This document shows positions 49,870-60,294 of a stretch of DNA of 64,000 bases, one piece after another. The notes beneath the pieces were generated by a model. The model made no database searches. It saw only the letters and a program-made list of their open reading frames with translations, and was not told the origin of the DNA. The DNA is taken from assembly GCF_006345805.1 (NCBI RefSeq), contig NC_043015.1, forward strand, positions 49,166,001 to 49,230,000. The letters run 5' to 3'. Every line of letters starts with the position of its first letter. Positions within the stretch are counted from its first letter, which is position 1. The translations under genes were made by a program, and so were the position numbers. The DNA is from Octopus sinensis (taxonomy: Eukaryota).

Positions 49870-50509
49870 TGTAAAGGACAAAAAGTTTTGAATGGTACAA
49901 CAATGCACTATAATACAAACTATGGAGCCATTGGAAAATCGATTATAGCAGCGACTCCATCTAAGAATATCTGAAGAAGGAATTTTATTCCGAAATATCA
50001 TAGGCGCAGGAGTGGCTGTTTGGTAAGTAGCTTGCTAACCAACCACATGGTTCCAGGTTCAGTCCCACTGCGTGGCATCTTGGGCAAGTGTCTTCTGCTA
50101 TAGCCCCGGGCCGACCAATGCCTTGTGAGTGGATTTGGTAGACAGAAACTGAAAGAAGCCTGTCGTATATATGTATATATATATGTGTGTGTGAATATGT
50201 TTGTGTGTCTGTGTTTGTTCCCCTAGCATTGCTTGACAACCAATGCTGGTGTGTTTACGTCCCCGTCACTTAGCGGTTCGGCAAAAGAGACCGATAGAAT
50301 AAGTACTGGGCTTACAAAGGATAAGTCCCGGGGTCGATTTGCTCGACTAAAGGCAGTGCTCCAGCATGGCCGCAGTCAAATGACTGAAACAAGTAAAAAG
50401 AGAAAAAAGAGTAAAGAGACTATGGATGGCTAAATTACAACAGGTATAGATCCCATTGTCTGTATTATAGTGCATTGTTGTACCATTCAAAACTTTTTAT
50501 TCTTTACAA
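49870..50509. repeat. ~58-bp inverted repeat (37-bp perfect core) enclosing a SINE A insertion
   Basis: AAAAGTTTTGAATGGTACAACAATGCACTATAATACA (~49881-49917) is the reverse complement of ~50461-50497; SINE A at 49998-50415. Confidence 0.8.
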
Positions 50510-50620
50510 ACAATACACAATGCTTCAAGTGAACTACAATACTCTCTTTAAAAAATCTGTTTAAATTGAAGCTTTCTTTATAATAAACTGCATGGAAAAA
50601 GTAAATCAAGTAATACGCAC

Positions 50621-50682
50621 CGTCTTCAAGTTTAATCGTTGGCTCGATGTCTCTCAATGGTATTATAGTTTCCATTTCCTTC
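50621..50682 (-). CDS. Host gene internal exon (62 nt, phase 2 to phase 1)
   Basis: Acceptor TTTTGTTTGTTTTTTATAG|G, donor ACG|GTGCGT; xKEMETIIPLRDIEPTIKLED; phase matches exon 47410-47531. Confidence 0.7.
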
Positions 50683-51194
50683 CTATAAAAAACAAACAAA
50701 AAGACAATATATTTTATACTCAATATACCCAGACGCTACCTAGCATTTCACTTGAGTCTTTATGCCTTCCGAAAATCTGTATCATGCAAAAAGAAAGTTA
50801 CTGGTTTATTCCCAAATTAGATAGGTCTAACTAAAAAAATCTTATTGACTATCATTCTTAAACATTTCTGATGACTAGATCTGAAGAAAAATTTTGGAGG
50901 TATCAATAAAATGTAAAGAGAAGACTATAATAAAGTACAAGCAGAATGTTAAATGGCTGGGATTGAACATCTAAAAAGTGGAAAGTGCCTATGATACTCA
51001 TGCAGTTTTAATTGTAAAAAAGGAAAAAAGGACTACATCAGTAACACTTACAGGGAAGACATGTCTTGGGAATATTCTGAATAATATTTCAACTTGTGAA
51101 TAAATCTCAAGTTAAGCACACTACTATATATATATATATATATATATGTAAAAATAAGACAAAATAGAAAATGCTATAATAATTTTATAGTGAA

Positions 51195-51242
51195 CATTTC
51201 AGTACCGGTTTCGGTCATTTTGAGACCTTTTCAACTGTAACG
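51195..51242 (-). ncRNA. Minimal type-I hammerhead motif with compensatory U3:A8 core (family P5)
   Basis: CGTTACAG-TTGAAAA-GGTC(TCAAAAT)GACC-GAAA-CCGG-TA^CTGAAATG; helix I 7/8 pairs, helix II 4 bp, ACCGGT palindromic helix III; lies in PLE-like remnant 51145-51400. Confidence 0.7.
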
Positions 51243-51437
51243 ATTAAATAATTAAAAAATTCAATTTAGAAAAATTAGAAGAAAAGTTTTTTTAAGGGAA
51301 TATTTCTATAGTAGTGTTCAGATATAAGTGGCATTCTGCTTTTCTCTGACTCCCTTGTTTGCACTTGTGTGTTGTGAGTTCTTGGTAGGGTAGATGAAGA
51401 AGAAGAATATATATATATTATATATATATATATATAT

Positions 51438-51667
51438 TTGTTTACTACCCACAAGGAGCCAAACACAGAGGGGACAAACAAGGACAGACAAACGGATTAA
51501 GTCGATTCCATCGACCCCAGTGCGTAACTGGTACTTAATTTATCGACCCCGAACGGATGAAAGGCAAAGTCGACCTCGGCGGAATTTGAACTCAGAACGT
51601 AACGGCAGATGAAATAAGGCTTCGCATTTCGCCCAGCGTGCTACCGTTTCTGCCAGCTCGCCGCCTT
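51438..51667 (-). mobile_element. SINE family B
   Basis: Full motif set. Confidence 0.9.
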
Positions 51668-51754
51668 ATATATAATATAATATTAGGGAGTAAATCCAAA
51701 CTTACAGGGGAAAATTAGATTTAGGATTAAATCCAAGTTTACAGTATAAATATA

Positions 51755-51911
51755 AATTAAATTAGAGATAAAACTACTATTAGGCAAATCAATCAGTGAA
51801 AAACATAAACCAAAACATAGAAATAAAATTAATTAATATAATATACAAAATATATAAAAAAATAAAATTCAAAATTTAAATTATTTAAATTTAAAATTAT
51901 TAATTTATATT

Positions 51912-51948
<37 letters not shown>

Positions 51949-52140
51949 TTTAATTTTTTTATTTATTTTTTTAATTAAATATATATAACTATCAAAAAGT
52001 ATTAAAAAGTTTAAATAAGATATATATTTTTATATATTTTGTATATTATATTAATTAATTTTATTTCTATGTTTTGGTTTATGTTTTTCACTGATTGATT
52101 TGCCTAATAGTAGTTTTATCTTTAATTTAATTTATATATA
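51755..52140. repeat. AT-rich fold-back (~110-bp arms)
   Basis: GATAAAACTACTATTAGGCAAATCAATCAGTGAAAAACATAAACCAAAACATAGAAATAAAATT mirrored at ~52050-52125. Confidence 0.8.
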
Positions 52141-53835
52141 TATCACTAATGAAATATGAACAATAATGGCTTAATTTATGTCTTCCTTGTCCCTGTTTCT
52201 CCTTCTGTAAACTTAATTTAATTTAATAAAATGCAATGGTAAACAGATACTAAATTCCTGACCACATCGCACTGATGAGATCCAACTAGACTGAAATGGC
52301 AGCTGTATATGAATATCAAGGATTCCATGATGAAAAGAAAGAAAATTTAATCAAATAAATTAATAAAGTTACTACACTTTATTCCTTTCATTTCACTAAG
52401 GAAGTAAATAGATAAATAAATTATTTCTTGGCAAGCCAGTTTTGTCCCTTACTATAGAGATCAACCAATTAATTACCTGATAGATAATAGCCAAAATAGG
52501 AAAAAAAAAGAGAAAAGAAAACTATGACTATATTTCAAATTACTTGATTTAACCTTTTACCTGTGACTGGGCTGTTTTCATATGCAAGAATAAAAAGGAT
52601 TTTTTTAATTATAAATATGTTACTTTCTCTACACACAGTCTTCAGCTATTGTCATAGTGAGTAATTATTATTAACCCTTTCATTACTGTAATTATTTTGA
52701 GATGATCTGTGTTCTTTCAATTCATTTTAAATATAACAAAGAATTTAGTAAAATAACTTATACAGACACACAGATATTGTTTTGAGCTGGGGGGGGGAGG
52801 TACTAGATTCCCTTGTTCGAAAATATAAGGACAAAGATTGTGGTGTATAACCAGCTGGTGACGGTGTCTCCTGGGGCTAAATTACAGCAACATTCATCCT
52901 AAATCAGGACTGCCATGTTATGTTGGCAAAAATCTTTACTCCAAACTTTGGTTAGTACATTCCATAGAACTTCATGATTTGCAGCAGGCATGGGAAACCT
53001 TTTTGGAGAAGTGGGTCACATGAGACATGGCCTGTCAATGTCCATCTGTCCACCTGTCTGCCCATCAGTCCATCTGTCTGTCCGTCCATCTAGTTGACTA
53101 TATTACATACATGTGTATGTACTGAATAAAGTAATTTTACATTGGAAAATTTAAAAAAAAATCTTAAGAATTCTAACAAGAAATACATTTATTAACATAA
53201 ATTATATATAAAAATAAAGAGGGCTTAGAATATTATGAAACAGATGATGATGATGATGATGTTGATAATGGTGGTGGTGTATGTTACAAACATGTTATAG
53301 GTCAGTTAAGAACAATCACGGAGATTAGAAGAGGAGGTGGTGGAGAAGTAGGAAAGGAAGAGAGAGAGAGAGAGAGGGAGAAGGAGAGGGTTTTAATAAG
53401 ATAACACTGCAATAACTTATTAGTATTCATTGGTTGTAGAGAGGATGACAAAGGAAGAAATGGTATCATATTCAGCCGGAGATAAAGAAAATCTGAGAAT
53501 GACGGTTGATACCGATAAGAAAAGATATTAATATGCAGAGGGTTCTGCTGGTATCTGTGGTAGATTTAATTACAGCAGATTTAATTCTGATAACCCACTT
53601 GCATGCTACGTTTTGATGTGGTCTGCAGTCAGTCAGGAAGAAAGACGCCAAGCGAGGGACATAGTTCTGTAAGGTATTTTAACCATCACCAAACTCATAA
53701 ACAGAGAGAAGAGGAAGTGTTAAGTGTTACGAAAGATCTCGTTCCAAAGGTAAAGAGATGGAAAGGAAAATGGAGATGTGGGGTAATTTGAAGCAGGAGT
53801 TGAAAACTGTGATTCAGAATGGAAAATGAAGACCT

Positions 53836-54174
53836 CTCCCCAAGGTTAGAACAGAGTGCTTCTACCTTTGTCTACTACTGCATGAGGTCAGAGGGCCAAC
53901 GTCTTTCCAGGCCCTAAAAACCATTCATGGACATGTCTGCACAACATACAGAGAAACCTGCTATTGACAAGGTCTGTTAGAAGATGGTGCACAATGGGAT
54001 GCAACTTTAGGAGAGGCCGCTTTATCACAATCACCTAAAAGTCTCAGGGCACTATTTGCAGTATTACTACAGGCATGTGAACTTTGTGATCCGGTCACTC
54101 TATGGTTCAAATATAGAGACAACCTGGCTGAAGACTTTCAGCGCCAAGCTCAACTGCTCTATCCTGACATTTAA
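53836..54174 (+). pseudogene. Helitron RepHel coding fragment (region between Rep and helicase domains)
   Basis: From 53854: ECFYLCLLLHEVRGPTSFQALKTIHGHVCTTYRETCY*QGLLEDGAQWDATLGEAALSQSPKSLRALFAVLLQACELCDPVTLWFKYRDNLAEDF; in-frame TGA at 53965-53967. Confidence 0.88.
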
Positions 54175-54263
54175 ACATGCTTTGATATCAAGAAAGACAT
54201 GTTTCTAGATTGTGCTTTGGTGCTGAAGAATCAGAACAAGTAAAGATATTCGTTGTATAATAA

Positions 54264-54483
54264 CCCTTTAGCATTTAAATTACATTATCAAATGTAATGC
54301 TTAATTATTCACATTGTTTTGGATTAATTATGTATTATTTCATAGTTTTGAGATTTCTATGATGTGATTGTTTATTTTTAGAATGACATTGTAGAGTAAG
54401 TGTGAGAGGCTGGATCTGGCCTGTATGAAGATAAAACAGGTAAAATATTTGGGTCAGTTATGGTTAGTTTAAATGCTAAAACG
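54264..54483. mobile_element. piggyBac-like MITE
   Basis: (A)TAA|CCCTTTAGCATTTAAA ... TTTAAATGCTAAAACG|TTAA; second copy at 59344-59571. Confidence 0.75.
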
Positions 54484-54817
54484 TTAAAGAGTCATGACTT
54501 TTTCCATTTTTTTAATGGGTTTTTTTTTATCAGAAATGGAAAGAAAGTAATATGTTTTTAGTGTTTCTCAGACAATTGTCAAATGTGAAAATTTATCGGA
54601 AAAAGAAAAAGTAACCTTTTATTTTCAAATTGTAACTATTTCTATTAGCAAAGATTTGGTGTTGGGGAACAGTACAGGCCTGTAATATATGTTTTTGTTT
54701 TTGTTTTATTTTCCAACCTTATTTAGAGCTAAAGCACTATATTTTAATTTTTACAGGAAGAAAAATAAAAGAAAAAAAAAGCATTAAAAATATAAAAATT
54801 CAAATTATTGAGAACTT

Positions 54818-55218
54818 ATAGGCGTAGGAGTGGCTGTGTGGTAAGTAGCTTGTTTACAAACCACATGGTTCCAGGTTCAGTCCCACTGCGAGGTACCTTG
54901 GGTAAGTGTCTTCTACTATAGCCTCGGGCTGACCAAAGCCTTGTGAGTGGATTTGGTAGACGGAAACTGAAAGAAGCATGTTGTATATATGTATATATAT
55001 ATGTGTGTGTTTGTGTGTCTGTGTTTGTCCCCTCAACATCGCTTGACAACTGATGCTGGTGTGTTTACATCCCCGTAACTTAGCGGTTAGGCAAAGAGAT
55101 CAATAGAATAAATACTAGGCTTACAAAGAATAAGTCCTGGGGTCGATTTGCTCGACTAAAGGCGGTGCTCCAGCATAGCCACAGTCAAATGACTGAAACA
55201 AGTAAAAGAGTAAAGAGT
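54818..55218 (+). mobile_element. SINE family A, full length
   Basis: Full motif set. Confidence 0.9.
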
Positions 55219-55364
55219 AACTCCACCCACCCAGAACTACCTGACCAATGAAATAAAAGAAAACGGAAAAAAAAAAAAGGTGGTGGAGAATTTATTAAGG
55301 TAAGAAATTCTTCAAAGCCAGAAACAATATCTCATAGCCAGAATTTAAAGTATTTATTCCTTTC

Positions 55365-55572
55365 TACTCTGCACACAAAGCCTGAAATTTAGTGGGAGAG
55401 GCTAGTCGATTAGATTGATCCCAGTATGTAACTGGTTCTTAATTTATTGACCCCAAAAGGACGAAAAGCAAAGTCGACCTTGGCAGAATTTGAACTCAGA
55501 GTGTACAGACAGACGAAGAACTGCTAAGCATTTTGCCCGGCGTGCAAATGTTTCTGCCAGCTCACCGCCTGA
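55365..55572 (-). mobile_element. Older SINE family B copy
   Basis: Central domain and head motifs, alternative 3' end. Confidence 0.8.
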
Positions 55573-55971
55573 TTTAAAGTATTTATTATTTAAACTTTGA
55601 CTCAGGCTTTTTATTTCAGACGTCTAAAGTAATTTTGTGTTATCTTCTTAAAAATCCTAACATGAACTGGAATTGTCCAGCCATGTTTTCACAGAAGATA
55701 AGAAACGAAAGACACCACATACATAAGAGTGTCATTCCATTTGTATACAGCTATCATGATGCCAAGAGAAGGAGACAATTACACACACATACACACACAC
55801 ACACATATATGTACAAGCTGGCACTTCTTTTAGTATCTGTCTACTCACAAGGCATTGGCTGACCTGAGGCTATAGTAGAAGACACTTGCCCGAGGCATCG
55901 TACAGTGGAACTAAACTCAGAACCATGTGGTTGGGAAGCAAACATCTTACCATACAGCCATGCCTATTTAA

Positions 55972-56142
55972 CCCCTTACCCAACAATTATTTTGAAAATA
56001 AATGTATTTTTTCAGACATATTTTTTAATTGTTTTATTTTACTATGTTTTGGTGAGTCTATCTTTTGACGAGTTAACTCGCCAGAGATAGAAAAAAACGA
56101 TTTCGGTCAAAACGCATATATTCGTTTCTGCCGGTTAAGGGG
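55972..56142. mobile_element. piggyBac-like MITE (171 bp)
   Basis: TTAA|CCCCTTA ... TAAGGGG|TTAA. Confidence 0.7.
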
Positions 56143-56441
56143 TTAAAACTGCGAAAAAAAAACAACACATACAGAATTATTGGAAAAAGGACAATTGAAC
56201 TATTTTAGTCATATTTAAGTCTGATATCTAAAGGCCTCTACCAAAAAAAAAAAAAAAAAAAAACCTACAGTGAGTGCAAGCGTGAGAAATACTACATTAT
56301 TGAAAATGTGAAACTACAGGAAATTTCTAACTGATGGTGCTTACAAAAGATTTTCTCCAAGATATATATGTATTATTACAACTATCTGATGGATATTTCG
56401 TTTTTGGATTTGGTTTGCAAGATTCTTTATGTGAGTTTGTG

Positions 56442-56688
56442 GGGAGACTCATTTTCTTTTTTGTGCCTTATAATTTAACACACTCACCGGTAAAATTTCC
56501 ACTTATTTCTTATTTTTATTTCCCTAAAATTTTCGTTGTGTCTTGCAACCTTTTCAATAGTCTTGACCATGGAAAAGTTTGCAAGACGCAACGGAAATTT
56601 TAGGAAAATAAAAATAAGAAATAAGTGGAAATTTTACCGGTGAGTGTGTTAAATTATAAGACACAAAAAAGAAAATTACTCTCCCCAG
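56442..56688. mobile_element. PLE pLTR fold-back (family P4) with U3:A8 hammerhead-like motif at 56524-56560 (minus)
   Basis: ~110-bp arms; CTA-TTGAAAA-G-GTTG(CAAGACA)CAAC-GAAA-A-TT-T^TAG. Confidence 0.7.
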
Positions 56689-56853
56689 ACACAACAGAAT
56701 ATCTGATGGATAGTTACACAAAACTCTGAGTAACAGTTTGCGAAGTTTTATTTGGCTTTAATAAAATGGCATTTTACTCTACCTTTGATATTTGAGCGCT
56801 ATTATTTCTACCTTGCTTTTCACCTATGTGCTTACTATATATGTGTGTGTGTC

Positions 56854-56895
<42 letters not shown>

Positions 56896-56996
56896 GTGAT
56901 ACTTACAAGAGAGAAAGGCCTGACAAAATCAGCCTGATCCTGACGTTGCCAAGCAGTCAATGCCACTGATTCTTCTATGCAAGAATTGGTCAACAG

Positions 56997-57559
56997 CAGG
57001 GGTTCTCAACCATTTTTTTCCTACAGACCCCTTTGATTACCATTTTATTCTAGTGGACCCCCATAGCCATTCAGTGTGTAAGAACTAGTTTTGGAGCTAC
57101 TTCTTTCAAGATTCCTATTTAGTTTTTCACCCATTAACTTGTGTAGGTTGAACCATGTAAAATGTCAGAGAAAGAAACCTGGCAGTTTCTTGCAATACAT
57201 ACATCTAAAGCAAGGGTTCTCAGCCATTTCTCACCTATGGGTCCCCTTTGATTACTATTTTATTCTGGTGGACCTCCATGACCATTCGATGCTTAAAACT
57301 TAGTTTTATAGAAATTTTTTTCAAAATTCCTATTTTGTTTTCCACCCATTAACTTGTGTAGGTTGAACCATGTGAAATGTTAGAGAAAGAAATCTAGCTG
57401 TTTCTTGCAATACATACCACTACATACATCTAAAGCAGAATTTTTCAGGGGGCCTTAAAATACTACTGTGGATCCCCAATTTACTATTTTGTTATGTGGA
57501 CCCCCAAAAATTTTATATGGACCCTCAGGGGCCATATGGTCCCCAGTTGAGGACCACTG
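56997..57559 (+). mobile_element. hAT (Charlie-like) non-autonomous element with internal ~215-bp tandem duplication
   Basis: CAGGGGTTCTCAAC / GTTGAGGACCACTG ends; 8-bp TSD GTCAACAG / GTCCACAG (7/8). Confidence 0.8.
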
Positions 57560-58789
57560 GTCCACAGTGTCATCAACGGTACTACCATAAAAGGAAGTGT
57601 TCCCCAAAGAAGAAAATAAATACTTAGATATGAAATAAAGCTGATGATGACAGTGTTAAAACTCAACTAATGCTTTGGAAAAAAAGCATTAGTTGAGTAA
57701 AGAGTGTCATAAAAGATTAAATAAATGACAAGGGAACTGCAAATTATGCAACAAACTTCGTTAGCTAATCTCTTACATATATATATATATATAACTTAAC
57801 CCTTGTTCAGTTCGTTTCGTTGTCTTTTTCACAGCAAAATGCACTGGAGGTGTCTTATCACCTCTGACAATAGACAGCAGTCACCATATTTTCTTCCATA
57901 ACTGTCATCTCTGAAGAGCACAAGGTTAAATAATCGGGTTATTATCTAACACCCTTCTGAATTCCTAATGTGAAACTGATCGGCTGTAATGCATATATAA
58001 TACTGTAGACTTCCACTAATATATCTATATCTATATATATATATATATATAAAATATCATGGTATTGGCCAGACTATTGGATGTCATTATGCACTGCTGG
58101 CCATAATTGCTTTGGCTTTCAAGTGACACTATCCTGCTGGCTAGGCAAGCAAGACAACATTCTCCCAGATCAGAAGCTATTTCATTGTCGGGTAACTCAA
58201 TTACAACTGAATGAACTGGAGTGACATGAAGTGGAGTGCTTTGCTCAAAATACAATGCATCACCTGGTCTAGAAATCAAACCCATGATCTAACAGTTGTG
58301 AGTGTAACACCCTAACCACTAGGCCACACGCACACACATGTTGGACAGTTTGACAGATTCTGGTACATTGGATGATAGTGTCATGTCCTAAGGCATCTGG
58401 TTTCGTATAGTTTCTATGGTCAGACACCTAGATACCTTTCCTGATGTCAACCACTAAACAAAATATATTGGGTGCACCAGCATCAGAGTGGTCGCCTGGT
58501 AATTGGCAAGACTAATGAATCACAAAGAAGAAATGAGAGAGAGAGGGAGAGAGAGAGAGAGTGTGTGTGTATGTGATGACTCTATGCAAAGTGATGAAAG
58601 AAGGTGCATTTGTTATTAGTGAGTGAGAAAAAAAAGCAAGTTCTACGTGTGCAATGCAATGAGTGAGATGAAAATAAAATGGATTGAAATACCAAAAGTC
58701 TTCATTGTAGTCACTGAAAAATAAAGTCAAATACTATTAGTTCACAAAAAAATGTAATAAAATAATAATAAAACAACAACAATCCTTTT

Positions 58790-59000
58790 TACTATAGCTA
58801 CAAGGCCTGAAATTTTGGTGGAGGGAGGGACTAGTTGATTATATTGGCCCCCAGTGTGTAACTGGTACTTATTTCATCAACCCTGAAAGGATGAAAGGCA
58901 AAGCCGACCTCGGAGGAAATTGAGCTCTGAATGTAATGGCAGACCAAATGCCGCTAAGCATTTCGCCTGGCATGCTAATGATTCTGCCGGCTTGCCGCCT
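58790..59000 (-). mobile_element. Older SINE family B copy, next to an (AAT)n tract at 59003-59215
   Basis: Head and central domain motifs. Confidence 0.75.
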
Positions 59001-59046
59001 TAACAATAACAACAACAACAATAATAGTAATAATAATAATAATAAT

Positions 59047-59085
<39 letters not shown>

Positions 59086-59136
59086 ACTAATAATAATACT
59101 TATACTACTACTACTAATAATAACACTTATACTAAC

Positions 59137-59175
<39 letters not shown>

Positions 59176-59180
59176 ACTAC

Positions 59181-59213
<33 letters not shown>

Positions 59214-59343
59214 GCCTTAGCAAATTCAATTTAGTTACTATGATTTCTCATCTGTGAAATACTATAACAATTAATAATTTTAAATCGTTTAAACGAATAA
59301 TTATATAAGAAAATATCTTAAATTATTTAAATTGTTTTTTTAA

Positions 59344-59571
59344 CCCTTTCACATTCAGATTACCCTTTCAAATGTAATGTTTATTTATTTACATTGCTTT
59401 GAATCAATAATACAATGTATTATTTTGGAGCTTTGAGATTTCAATGAAGTGATAGCTTATCTCTTAGAATGACATTGCAGGGTAAGCGCACAGTGCCAGA
59501 TCTGGCCGCTTTGAACATATAAAACTGGGAAAGTACTTGGGCCAGATGTGGCTGATTTAAATGCAAAAGGG
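59344..59571. mobile_element. piggyBac-like MITE
   Basis: TTAA|CCCTTTCACATT ... AATGCAAAAGGG|TTAA. Confidence 0.78.
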
Positions 59572-59719
59572 TTAAGAAAATGAAAATGAATGCTTTTTAT
59601 TCTCTTACAACTGAAATAATAGCAAAAATCTAAAAAATGTGGGACTACAATAATAATAACAACAACAATTGTAAAGATTGATAAATTCAGAAAAGTTTTT
59701 AATCTTCAATCTATAAATA

Positions 59720-60294
59720 TTGGGTTGTCTGGAAAGTTCGTGCCTTTCGACTTAAAGTAGCTTACCTTTCGACTTATTTTAGAACATGGTTGAGTCCATA
59801 AAATAGGATTTGACTACACCTCCATTTAGAGCACAGTTTAAGCTATCTTTTCGTGGAATAAGGTTTATGTTCGTATAACCTGTGTTAATTTTGTAAACCT
59901 TTAAAATGGAAGATAAAAAAGTTCATTTTTGGCACTTGATGCTTTGGGAACCAGACCAGACAAAAATTGCTGCAGCTTGGCTGGGATGTATTACCCCACC
60001 ATACATATTCACCAGATATTGCTCCTTCGGATTTCCACTTATTCTGGTCTCTGTAGAATAGTCTTAATGGTAAAAATTTCAATTCCTTGGATGACGTAAA
60101 AAGATACCTTGATGAATTCTTTGCCATGAAACCACCTCAATTCTGGGAAGAGGGTATTTTCAAGTTAAAGGAAAGATGGAGATGCATTGTCCAACAAAAT
60201 GGTTCATATTTGGTTGATTAAAAATGTAATGGCAAGTATTTATTGACCTTTTTCTTTCCTTTAAAAATCGGCACAAACTTTCCAGACAACCCAA
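59720..60294 (+). mobile_element. Internally deleted mariner (DD34D-type) element
   Basis: TA|TTGGGTTGTCTGGAAAGTTCGTGCC ... GGCACAAACTTTCCAGACAACCCAA|TA; N-terminal MEDKKVHFWHLM (ATG 59906) joined to YSPDIAPSDFHLF...WEEGIFKLKERW...NGSY. Confidence 0.9.

Noticed and set aside
49815-49870. Extra host exon FFKAIPHRLKIHFLADQ after a good acceptor
   Set aside because: After the phase-1 exon at 50621 it reads DFLKPSLIA* (stop); donor weak; acceptor is part of an inverted-repeat arm
52230-57910. Candidate upstream host exons (~52270-52295 LVGSH; ~57860-57908 EMTVMEENMVTAVYCQ)
   Set aside because: Phase-compatible but splice sites are mediocre and no homology was recognised; cannot choose without RNA data
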